Shown: piece after piece, positions 40,823 through 49,382 of the stretch
Position numbering within the stretch: position 1 is the first letter of the stretch
Layout of the letters: the number at the start of each line of letters is the position of its first letter
DNA from: Patescibacteria group bacterium
GTDB taxonomy: Bacteria > Patescibacteriota > Doudnabacteria > UBA920 > O2-02-FULL-48-8
Length of the DNA stretch: 64,000 nucleotides
NCBI GenBank assembly: GCA_036394315.1
Contig: DASWFI010000007.1
Span: 3,984 to 67,983 of the forward strand
Direction of reading: 5' to 3'
The notes under the pieces: generated by a model
The model's input: only the letters and a program-made list of their open reading frames with translations
The model's database searches: none
Told to the model about the DNA's origin: nothing
Made by a program: the position numbers and the translations under genes

Positions 40823-40966
40823 TTGTTTTGAGGGTGATTTTGTTTCAAAAACTGTCTAAAACTTCTCAAACATTATACCACAAAAGATCAATCTAATCAA
40901 AAAAATCCTTACGTAGACACCCTAGAACCTTTCAAAGTCGGTCGGGAATGGGATACTCCGTATAAT

Positions 40967-41410
40967 CTAACGCACAAAGTTTCTCAGCCATTTAGCCCAC
41001 CCCTCTCCTTCATCCTCATAAATGCTCCAAAATTCAGCAGGCCGGACAATCTTAACGCCCTTGTATTTTTCTATCTTCAAAAGATGCCTATCAGAAGTGA
41101 TTAGATAATCAGCAAAGCTGGCCACAGCCGATTCCAAAATTTTATTATCTTCATTGTCTTCTTCCACCACACTCAGGCGTTGCGAATTGTTTACGGGTTT
41201 GATGGTATCGAAAAAGTACTCCAGTTTTTTTAAATATCCTTCATCAGAAATTTTTTTATTCGCCAAAAACTTATTTTCTCTCAATGTTGCTGTGTTGGCG
41301 TAAGCTTCTATTTGCCCGCCAATAACCAGATCAACTATCCGATTACTGTAATTATAAAAATCGGATGAGCCGTCAATAAGAAGATTTGTATCTATTACAA
41401 TTTTATACAT
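40967..41410 (-). CDS. PIN-domain nuclease (VapC-like) embedded in the T4SS-like operon
   Basis: MYKIVIDTNLLID...D...SDR: the acidic residues of the PIN fold are present; 147 aa. Confidence 0.65.
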   Translation of the reverse strand: MYKIVIDTNLLIDGSSDFYNYSNRIVDLVIGGQIEAYANTATLRENKFLANKKISDEGYLKKLEYFFDTIKPVNNSQRLSVVEEDNEDNKILESAVASFADYLITSDRHLLKIEKYKGVKIVRPAEFWSIYEDEGEGWAKWLRNFVR

Positions 41411-41512
41411 AAATGACTAATTACAAATTTCCAGGGACAAATAAATAATGCCCAATTTTCAACTTGGACATTATATCATTTTATTTGAAACTTGTAATTT
41501 GATATTCAATGC

Positions 41513-43111
41513 TTACAATCTTTGTATTTCTTTTCTCAAATCTGCTATGGCTTCAAATTCTTGTTTAGTCAAATCATTATTTGTTTCCACTCCTGAAAAT
41601 ATCGCTTGGCCGTGAGCCATATAGGATCGGAACAGCGGACTTTCTTCAAAAGCAGTCAAAGCATAATAAGGTATAACTCTATTTGAAAGCGCCAGATCCA
41701 CAATTTTTGTTTTCAAACGCTGAATTTGCTGATCCAATGGGCCTCGTCTCAAATGACTCAACATGATCTTTTTCAAATCATCCATATTTTTTATGTCTGA
41801 AAAGGTCGCCTCAAAAGTGGAAACCGGCCTGGTTATTTTCTCTGGTCCGATAGATGTCGAGTCGGATGACCGGACAGATGATGGAGCAATACTGGCCGGA
41901 GTTACTACTGGCATAGGTGTTTGGAGTATTATTGGTATAGCTGGAGCTACAGTTGCCACTGGGGCCGGTGGTTTAACTACGGGTGCAGACGGTGCAGTTA
42001 TAGCCTTAGGTGCCACATACCGAACTTGTTTCGGGATCTCTGTGTGGGGCGGCAATTCAGGCGTTGAAACCTCTCTCTTGATCTCAGAATTTATTTTATT
42101 CAAATCAGGGTTATTCTTAACCACGGGAGGGGGTATTGGCTTTACTTGCGCTTCCATTCGATGCTTCAAAACTTCTAAATCAGCTCCGTGCCCGGCCGGT
42201 GGAGGAGCAGAAACTTCAGCTAGTTTTTTCTCAAAGGCAGTAATTTCTTTAACCGCTTGCGGGGCGGAGGGTATGAGTGGTTTAGCCATTACAGATGTTG
42301 TAGGCTTAAATGTTGGCACTGAGGATAAAACTGGTTGTGGCTCAGGCCTTAGTGGTTTTGGAACTGGTGGTCGAGTAACGGAAACTGGCTTAGGTACTGG
42401 AATAGGTGCGGGTTGTAATGCTTCTTCCTTTTCTATTACGGGGACATAATTTGGATATTTTAACAAATTATAAATACCTAACACTGAAGACAACAATTGT
42501 TTATCGCCAGGACTCAATGTCTTAACATTTGGACTTGAATAAAAATATTGAGTCATTTGATAGCTGACCCCGCTTAAAGATTTGGGATCAATATAACCCA
42601 AGTAATCTTTAATCCAATTACCAAGGGTATTACGAACGCTCTCTCCGGTTTTTAAACTTACCTGTTGGGTACCGATAGTTTCCTCATTTTGTGCCAGAGC
42701 ACGGATGAGCTTTTGCCTTTCCTCAAAATCCGGCTCTGCTCCGAACTCAAATAGCCGCAAGTACTTCTGAAGGTAATCGATAACACTCGTATTGTTCTTC
42801 ATAGAAACCACTATAATTTCAGAAAGGGTCTGTTCCCGAAATTTATTACCCAACATCTGAAACGCTTGCCAGCCGAGTTTCATTTGAATTTTCTTAAGCC
42901 TGGTATAAATCTCTGTCCCGTTAATCACGCCGGCATATTTATCGACTAATGCACCCAAAGTTTCGTAAAGTTCCGCTCCCTGACCCGGCTCGTAATCATA
43001 CATCGGATCCGATGCCAGTTTTTCAATCAAACCCAAAACTTTCGGATCTTTTAATTGATCCGCTGTCAATCCATTCAAGCTCTCAACTGATAAATTATTC
43101 AGATCTGTCAT
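41513..43111 (-). CDS. Pro-rich hypothetical protein (two globular domains joined by a ~200 aa P/V/K-rich linker)
   Basis: 532 aa; the antisense Gly-rich ORF 41763-42449 is an artefact of the Pro codons. Confidence 0.5.
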   Translation of the reverse strand: MTDLNNLSVESLNGLTADQLKDPKVLGLIEKLASDPMYDYEPGQGAELYETLGALVDKYAGVINGTEIYTRLKKIQMKLGWQAFQMLGNKFREQTLSEIIVVSMKNNTSVIDYLQKYLRLFEFGAEPDFEERQKLIRALAQNEETIGTQQVSLKTGESVRNTLGNWIKDYLGYIDPKSLSGVSYQMTQYFYSSPNVKTLSPGDKQLLSSVLGIYNLLKYPNYVPVIEKEEALQPAPIPVPKPVSVTRPPVPKPLRPEPQPVLSSVPTFKPTTSVMAKPLIPSAPQAVKEITAFEKKLAEVSAPPPAGHGADLEVLKHRMEAQVKPIPPPVVKNNPDLNKINSEIKREVSTPELPPHTEIPKQVRYVAPKAITAPSAPVVKPPAPVATVAPAIPIILQTPMPVVTPASIAPSSVRSSDSTSIGPEKITRPVSTFEATFSDIKNMDDLKKIMLSHLRRGPLDQQIQRLKTKIVDLALSNRVIPYYALTAFEESPLFRSYMAHGQAIFSGVETNNDLTKQEFEAIADLRKEIQRL

Positions 43112-43114
43112 GTT

Positions 43115-45826
43115 TTAAATGGGATTACCTCTATCATCTGTAAGTATAACGCGAGGTGTTTCTGGTTCTGGAGCTCTACTCCTACCCCCTTCTCCACCGT
43201 CGCCTCCTCCACCTGAACGCGAACTTCTAACAGCCGCTTTAATTACTGTTTTATCTCCACTTGGATCAATATACTCAGTTGTATTGTCATAAGTCACGTT
43301 CCCAATTGTAATTTTAGGTCCTGTATATTTGATTCTGACATTTGTTAATTTATTTCGGAACTTTGTATCCATATTCAATTTTTCAGCATACATGGCTCGA
43401 ACCCCATCAGGTTTGACTTCCCAAGCTTCTTTGATTTTCCTCAATTCAAATGGGTCCCTAATTATCACTGCGCCGAAGTCATTACTGCTTTCGTCATCAA
43501 CCATTTCAGAAGTCAAAATACGATCTTTGGTTCTAATTTGAACATTTTGCATACGATTAATAACTTGATCTTCACTAAACTGATCATTAATCTTATGATA
43601 GTGTGCTTGCGAAGCTTTTGTAATATTCATAGGACCCCAAATAATTGACTGGATTTCCTTTTCTCCCGTGACTGGACTTCCATCCTTAGCGTAGCTAGTA
43701 ATAATCTTTCCAGTCTTTTTATCCACTCTCGCCAGTTGTGGTCGCAAAGCATGCGGTGCCGTAGCGATTATATCATTTGCTTTCTTTTTCTCCCATTCAC
43801 CCGCAGCATAGGATGCTTGATGAGTATTTTCCAGTTCATCAATGTTTTCTCCCAGCGCATTCTTAACTTTGTTACCCGTCTTTTTCATGCCCCACTCCCA
43901 TTTATTATTGTTTATATCAAAATAAGAATGTCCAAGATATTCAGCATGACCAGTATTCTTCCCTGCTTCTTCCATATCTTCTCCTACAAATCTCATAGCT
44001 TGTTCGCTATTACCCAAGAAACCTTTTAAGAATCTCTGAATTGAATCCGGACTACTTAAAAGGACAGCATCGTCTCCATTCTCATCTTTTACAACTTCAC
44101 CGTATTTGGCAGCAAAATGCTCCATTCTCAACACATCGTCCTGAAAACCATTTGACAGAGCAGCTTTCATAGCGGCAAGTCTGGTAGTTTCGCCTTCATG
44201 GCCGCCTATCTTCTCAGCCTCAACTAAATAGTTCATTAACTGTTCTTTCTTCATATCGATCAAATATTTCAACTTTTCGTTTTCAGCTCTTCTTTCAGCA
44301 AACTGCGCTCGAGGCAAATTAGTACCCGTAAATACTTTTTCTGCAACTTCTTGTCCTCTTGCTTCTGCAACTTCCTGCGCATGATGGGATAGTTCGTGAG
44401 ATCTTTTTTGAGCTCCTTTAAACGCTGCAACTGGATTGAGCACAGCAAATGCTGCTCTTCGGGTCCATCCAGGTTGCCCGCCATCATGCGGTTGCATTAT
44501 ATGCGAAGTTGCTTCATTCCACTTACGTCCTGCATATCCTCCAGCCATATGTGCTACGCCATGGCTAAACTTTTCTGCAGCTTGCACTACTGCTTTTCCA
44601 CCAACCATACCCGCGTGTTCGGCGACAATTACTGCTCCCCAAATAAATCCCATTAAGATAACATAATTAAAAGCTGAATCCGACGCTGTAAAAGATTTAT
44701 CTTTAGCTACCAACACAGCTAACTGCAACATAAACAAAGCTACCGGTGGCCAGATCAAATATTTGATAAAGTACTGCCACCATTCATGAGCATAATGTTT
44801 CGTAGCGGGTAATACATGCAGAGCATAAGCCAGTGGCGAAAAAATAACCAAAACGTACACGCCCACGATTCGTATAACAAATAATCCAGCTAATGCTAAA
44901 AAACTCGCCAGAGCAACAAAGGTGAAAACGATTTTGGTTATACCTTGGAATAATCCAGCCATCCAGCCGTTTGGCAGCGAACCCAAATCGCTAAAATTAA
45001 CATACCGATAAACAAAAGCCCATATTTCACCGTGATTGGTGCGGAAAACACTAGTCAAGACATTCACCGTATCAAGCAAGGTAGTAGCAATGACCATGCT
45101 AAAATTGACCAATAATGCCATCATTACAGTTTCTGCTAAAAGATGCCGATAATCATAACTTTCAATCCTAAGAATTGCCGCAAGGCCGATGACGATCAGA
45201 ATTAAAATAAAGAACATATTGCTAATATCACGCACAATTGTCCATCCTACAGCCACAAAGGCTGGCATAGTACCTGCTAAAATCCAGTTAACTGCAGTCG
45301 TGAAAATATCTCCGGCTAAAGCCGTCATCCATAAAAGAAAAGCATTCACTGCTGATAATACAAAATTTAAACTCCAACCAATTAACTTACTCGGCCATGC
45401 CGCTGCATTTTGAGCATTCATATCATCCAGATATGCTTTATAAATATCTTTAGATGAAAGTCCGCTTCCCTGCTCTATTCTATTTTGGAGATCATATGAA
45501 CCTGGCGGCTGCTCTACTCGGCCGGCTGAAGTTGCTGAGTATCCAAGATTCTGAGGAAGTATGGTACATCTGGTAATGTTGCCAGTTCGAGTAGGAGTAA
45601 TAACATATAAAGTAGTAAACCTTTTCCCAGTCGCATCTTCAATTTCTTTTCTAAGAGTACCTTCACAAATTGTCTGAGTTTTGTGTGCCTCACCCATTTT
45701 CTTGGCATCTATCTTTATGTCCTGACCTGGTGCTGCCGGCGCAGGCTGTTGGGCAAAAGCAAAATTAACCAGCAACAGGTTTGAGAGGACGAAAATTACG
45801 ATTAATTTTGTAAAATTTATTTTCAT
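43115..45826 (-). CDS. Large polytopic membrane protein with a signal peptide (VirB6/TrbL-like core) plus a ~480 aa C-terminal soluble domain
   Basis: 903 aa; cleavable N-terminal signal, about 6-7 TM helices at aa 130-400, and a C-terminal domain containing an HELSH (HExxH) motif. Confidence 0.55.
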   Translation of the reverse strand: MKINFTKLIVIFVLSNLLLVNFAFAQQPAPAAPGQDIKIDAKKMGEAHKTQTICEGTLRKEIEDATGKRFTTLYVITPTRTGNITRCTILPQNLGYSATSAGRVEQPPGSYDLQNRIEQGSGLSSKDIYKAYLDDMNAQNAAAWPSKLIGWSLNFVLSAVNAFLLWMTALAGDIFTTAVNWILAGTMPAFVAVGWTIVRDISNMFFILILIVIGLAAILRIESYDYRHLLAETVMMALLVNFSMVIATTLLDTVNVLTSVFRTNHGEIWAFVYRYVNFSDLGSLPNGWMAGLFQGITKIVFTFVALASFLALAGLFVIRIVGVYVLVIFSPLAYALHVLPATKHYAHEWWQYFIKYLIWPPVALFMLQLAVLVAKDKSFTASDSAFNYVILMGFIWGAVIVAEHAGMVGGKAVVQAAEKFSHGVAHMAGGYAGRKWNEATSHIMQPHDGGQPGWTRRAAFAVLNPVAAFKGAQKRSHELSHHAQEVAEARGQEVAEKVFTGTNLPRAQFAERRAENEKLKYLIDMKKEQLMNYLVEAEKIGGHEGETTRLAAMKAALSNGFQDDVLRMEHFAAKYGEVVKDENGDDAVLLSSPDSIQRFLKGFLGNSEQAMRFVGEDMEEAGKNTGHAEYLGHSYFDINNNKWEWGMKKTGNKVKNALGENIDELENTHQASYAAGEWEKKKANDIIATAPHALRPQLARVDKKTGKIITSYAKDGSPVTGEKEIQSIIWGPMNITKASQAHYHKINDQFSEDQVINRMQNVQIRTKDRILTSEMVDDESSNDFGAVIIRDPFELRKIKEAWEVKPDGVRAMYAEKLNMDTKFRNKLTNVRIKYTGPKITIGNVTYDNTTEYIDPSGDKTVIKAAVRSSRSGGGGDGGEGGRSRAPEPETPRVILTDDRGNPI

Positions 45827-45859
45827 GTGAGCTTAAAGTCTACTAATTTATTGCAATGT

Positions 45860-47245
45860 CTATGGTGATCCCGGTGGTTGAGGTGGCGGGAATCCCGAAG
45901 GAGGTGGACCAGCAGGAGGGAGGGTGCCTCCGCTATTTAGAATAGTGGCTGACCCAATACAATTATTGGGAGGAGTACCACCGAAGATACAATGATCAAT
46001 AATGCCAGTGCCGGAATAACTTACAGCGTCCGCGATACCATCGCCATCAATATCAATATCACCTGGGGACAATTGACCTGGGGCGGGCGTCGTCGCATTC
46101 GGATCACCATAGTCAGTACCAGCATAAACATTAGGGCTGTCTGTCAAAACCCCACCAGTTTTATCTAACCCCAGTTGATTCCAAATAAATTTTCCGAAAG
46201 ATTTGCCGACTTGTGTCCAAAAATCCGTAGAAGGATTATATAAATTGTTGAAATGCTGGCTGATAGCAGCATCCAAATTCTTTTCAATAAATGCAGTTGG
46301 ATTATCGATAAATGACCTGGCTTGATCCACCAGTGAAGCTTGCCATTCCCCTCCTCCGGCCTTGCATGCTGCAGGAGACGTATTAGGGTCAGCTACCGCT
46401 TGCGCCGAAGCAACTTTGATAATACCTAGTTTGTTTAATATGGAGGCTAAAGGGCTCAGCATATTTGGATTATAAGCTCCGCCGGGAGGTGTTGGAAGAG
46501 GCACAACAGTGCCAGGCAATTGTCCTGGTGGAATACCCGGAGTAACTTGATTTGATGGAATTCCTCCTTTACAGCTTCCGCCGATAATTCTTCCGTTCTT
46601 AATCCCCTTGCCCGCCAAAATTTCCAACTGTGAGGCGGAGGTGGCAGAGGATTGGAAAGCGCCGAATTCGCCTTGCAGATTTTGTTCCGTAAAGCTTGGC
46701 GGATTGGAGAAGTAAGCTTGGGCTGCTGCAAAGTATTCCCGATCAGAATTGAAGCTGGATGGATTATAAATTTTCTGCGGATCAATCCCGCCTCTATTAG
46801 TGTATGCCTTATTGATGGCTTTATTTAATCTCGGAATCAATGCTTTGCTCGGATTAATCCCCCCAGTAGTGCCTGTGGGTTGTCCCGTTATAGCAGCCCG
46901 CTCCATTAAAGAATAAACATCTCTTAAATCCGGATCAGTAATATTATCAGCGATATATCGATTCAAATAATAATCCGTCAGTACCCTATCGTAATAAAGG
47001 TAGTTACGGATTTTATACTTATCTACCAATTTATTGGTAAATCGTGTAAGAAATTGTTCTGTGAATCTTTCCAAAACGCCGCGAGCAATACCAATCCCAA
47101 TACGCTCCGCAACCCAACGTATATCAATAGTTGGAAACACTGCCTGCGCTGTTTTTGGAGCAATCAATATACCACCCGTAACTTGAGTGGCTATCAGGAT
47201 TGCGAGAATCGCTCCGGTAATTAATTTAGAAAGTTTGGCTTTCAT
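45860..47245 (-). CDS. Secreted Gly/Pro-rich hypothetical protein
   Basis: Signal peptide MKAKLSKLITGAILAILIATQVTGG and a C-terminal PPAGPPPSGFPPPQPPGSP tail. Confidence 0.5.
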   Translation of the reverse strand: MKAKLSKLITGAILAILIATQVTGGILIAPKTAQAVFPTIDIRWVAERIGIGIARGVLERFTEQFLTRFTNKLVDKYKIRNYLYYDRVLTDYYLNRYIADNITDPDLRDVYSLMERAAITGQPTGTTGGINPSKALIPRLNKAINKAYTNRGGIDPQKIYNPSSFNSDREYFAAAQAYFSNPPSFTEQNLQGEFGAFQSSATSASQLEILAGKGIKNGRIIGGSCKGGIPSNQVTPGIPPGQLPGTVVPLPTPPGGAYNPNMLSPLASILNKLGIIKVASAQAVADPNTSPAACKAGGGEWQASLVDQARSFIDNPTAFIEKNLDAAISQHFNNLYNPSTDFWTQVGKSFGKFIWNQLGLDKTGGVLTDSPNVYAGTDYGDPNATTPAPGQLSPGDIDIDGDGIADAVSYSGTGIIDHCIFGGTPPNNCIGSATILNSGGTLPPAGPPPSGFPPPQPPGSP

Positions 47246-47246
47246 T

Positions 47247-48179
47247 TTAGTTCAATCGTTTGATTTTTTCTTTTTCAATAGCGATTTTTTGAAGTAAGAC
47301 AAAATACGCCTGCGCGTCATCGTACCAAAGATTATTCGCACTGGTGTCAGTTCCCAAAGAAGCCGCGTCCGGCATGCTCACGACTTTCGGAATCAACTGC
47401 ACCAAGCCGATGAAATATTTATGAAGCTGTGCCGTGCTTGGTGGTGTGGGCAAAGCCTTTAGATCAATAGATAATTTCAGAGCGCGGATTTTAATCTCGT
47501 CGATCTGATCTATGTTTCCAGTCTTTGCGGCAGATTTGAGAGTTTGCTCAACGTCGAAATTAAAATATTTTTGCGCAGCCAGATTTAATTTATTAAGGTA
47601 ATCCGTCCGCGCTTCCTTCGAATCGTCTTTCGATACGATGATCTCCTCGGTTTTGACTTCCGGCAATTTTATTTTTGATGAATCAGTCATGTCGTTGATC
47701 AGCTGCTTGACCGAACTATCAAAAACCAAACTCTCTCCCAGTATACTTTCGTCGGTAACGACCTGATCAAAAGGGACTTTTCCTGGTTTACTCGGATCCA
47801 AATTATTTGCCACCATCTGGCCGTCGGTCATGCCATTGTTATTTGAGTCTGGGTTGAGCGGATCCGTATGATAAAAATATTCCTGGGCATTGGTAAGCCC
47901 ATCGTGATCAGGATCGGCATCCGGCCTGCAGTTATCCTGATTACAGACGCTTGTGCCAAAATATTTTTGCAGCCACCACCCTGGAAGTTCTGAATTCGAA
48001 ACAGCCGTCGTGGTACTACTGACAGTCGTTTTATTTTTTGGCTTTATACTCAAATATACGCTAGTGGCAAGAATAAAAATAAGTAAAGCAAATACAAAAT
48101 TTTTCTTTCTGAAAAAATTGTTTTTTCGCTTTACTTCAAAACTTCCGGACTCTTTTTTTTTGTTTTTGTTTCTAAACAT
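47247..48179 (-). CDS. Membrane-anchored protein with thrombospondin type 3-like Ca-binding repeats (DPDHDGLTNAQE..DPLNPDSNNNGMTDGQ); first gene of the operon
   Basis: Lys-rich N-terminus, one TM helix, and a DxDxDG-type motif. Confidence 0.5.
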   Translation of the reverse strand: MFRNKNKKKESGSFEVKRKNNFFRKKNFVFALLIFILATSVYLSIKPKNKTTVSSTTTAVSNSELPGWWLQKYFGTSVCNQDNCRPDADPDHDGLTNAQEYFYHTDPLNPDSNNNGMTDGQMVANNLDPSKPGKVPFDQVVTDESILGESLVFDSSVKQLINDMTDSSKIKLPEVKTEEIIVSKDDSKEARTDYLNKLNLAAQKYFNFDVEQTLKSAAKTGNIDQIDEIKIRALKLSIDLKALPTPPSTAQLHKYFIGLVQLIPKVVSMPDAASLGTDTSANNLWYDDAQAYFVLLQKIAIEKEKIKRLN

Positions 48180-48221
48180 CGGATTTAATTAGCCAAGGCT
48201 CGGGCCCAAGATTAAAACGGC

Positions 48222-48241
48222 CACCATATAACCATATGGTG
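48222..48241. promoter_or_regulatory. Perfect inverted repeat CACCATAT-aacc-ATATGGTG in the leader of the T4SS-like operon (candidate operator)
   Basis: 8 bp arms and a 4 nt spacer, between the predicted TSS (~48384) and the first ATG (48179). Confidence 0.5.
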
Positions 48242-48390
48242 AACAAAGTGATTGGTCGCTTTATGTATTCTCTCAAACATACCGGATTGATTGGCCATAA
48301 AGAAAAACAGGTCTGCCCTCTTCCCTCATTGGCCTTTATTTCTCTCGTTAATTTTTATTTTTTGTTTCTAAAACCACTTAACTTAAATAT

Positions 48391-48419
48391 ATTATAGCAC
48401 AAAACTCCAACCTTTGCAA
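48391..48419 (-). promoter_or_regulatory. Consensus sigma-70 promoter driving the T4SS-like operon
   Basis: Minus strand reads TTGCAA-aggttggagttttgtgc(17)-TATAAT. Confidence 0.6.
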
Positions 48420-48487
48420 GGGCTGGAGTAAATTTCTAATTACTATTCGACCAAATTTCTAAATAATCTTACAATCGTAATCCAAGT

Positions 48488-49318
48488 TTAGTTATCGAAG
48501 GTTTTATAAAGACTAATCCAGTCTTGAATTGCTAAATCTTGTGGGCGGAGGTTGGGGTTAATATTTGCTTTTTCGAGCCACGATAAAACTTTGTTTCTTT
48601 CCATCTTAAATCCGTGTGCCAGAGTATTCTGGATCATCTTTCGTTTTCCGGCGAAAGCGATTTTGATAATGCGAAAAAATAATTTCCGGTCCCGGATTCC
48701 CGGATGTTTGTTTTTCGGCGTAATTTTCAAAACTACTGAGTCAACTTTTGGCACCGGCCAAAAACTATTTTTAGAAACTGAAGCTGCGATTTCCACGTCC
48801 GCATAAACCTGCACGGAAATTCCGAGTATAGACAAATTCCCCTCGCTCGCCACGACTCTCTCCCCCACTTCCTTCTGGATCATCAGGACCATCAACTTTG
48901 GCGGCTGTGGTTGTTCCAAAAAAAACTGCAAAAGTTTCGAAGTTAAATAATACGGAATATTCGCAACCACTTTATACTCGGATAAAATATTTCTGCTGAC
49001 ATGAAAGCGCAAGATATCCTCATTGATAATTTTTAATTTTTTTTCGCCAGCAAATTCAATTTTAAGCATGGCGGCAAGTTTGGGATCCTTTTCAACTGCC
49101 CAAACTTCTTTTACTACAGCCACCAGCTCCCCTGTCAGAATTCCCAAACCGGGACCGACTTCTAAAACCACATCCGAAGATTTCAATTCCGATACGCTTA
49201 TGATTTTTGAAAGCACATCTTCATCAATCAAAAAATTCTGCCCCATGTAATCGCGGGGTTTAAAATTACGTGCCCTAAGATAATTTTTGAGTTGATCAAC
49301 GTCTGTGAGTTTATTCAT
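48488..49318 (-). CDS. rsmA: 16S rRNA (adenine1518/1519-N6)-dimethyltransferase
   Basis: GQNFLIDEDVLSKI..LEVGPGLGILT, the KsgA SAM-binding motif. Confidence 0.9.
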   Translation of the reverse strand: MNKLTDVDQLKNYLRARNFKPRDYMGQNFLIDEDVLSKIISVSELKSSDVVLEVGPGLGILTGELVAVVKEVWAVEKDPKLAAMLKIEFAGEKKLKIINEDILRFHVSRNILSEYKVVANIPYYLTSKLLQFFLEQPQPPKLMVLMIQKEVGERVVASEGNLSILGISVQVYADVEIAASVSKNSFWPVPKVDSVVLKITPKNKHPGIRDRKLFFRIIKIAFAGKRKMIQNTLAHGFKMERNKVLSWLEKANINPNLRPQDLAIQDWISLYKTFDN

Positions 49319-49382
49319 TAAAGTAATTATAGTAATTTGCTTCGCGTAATTAATAATAATTTTTGTAACGACTTAATTACAA

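Noticed and set aside
41763-42449. A 228 aa Gly/Thr-rich ORF on the plus strand.
   Set aside because: It is antisense to the Pro-rich linker of the 41513-43111 gene: CCN codons read backwards as GGN. It is low-complexity with no start context.
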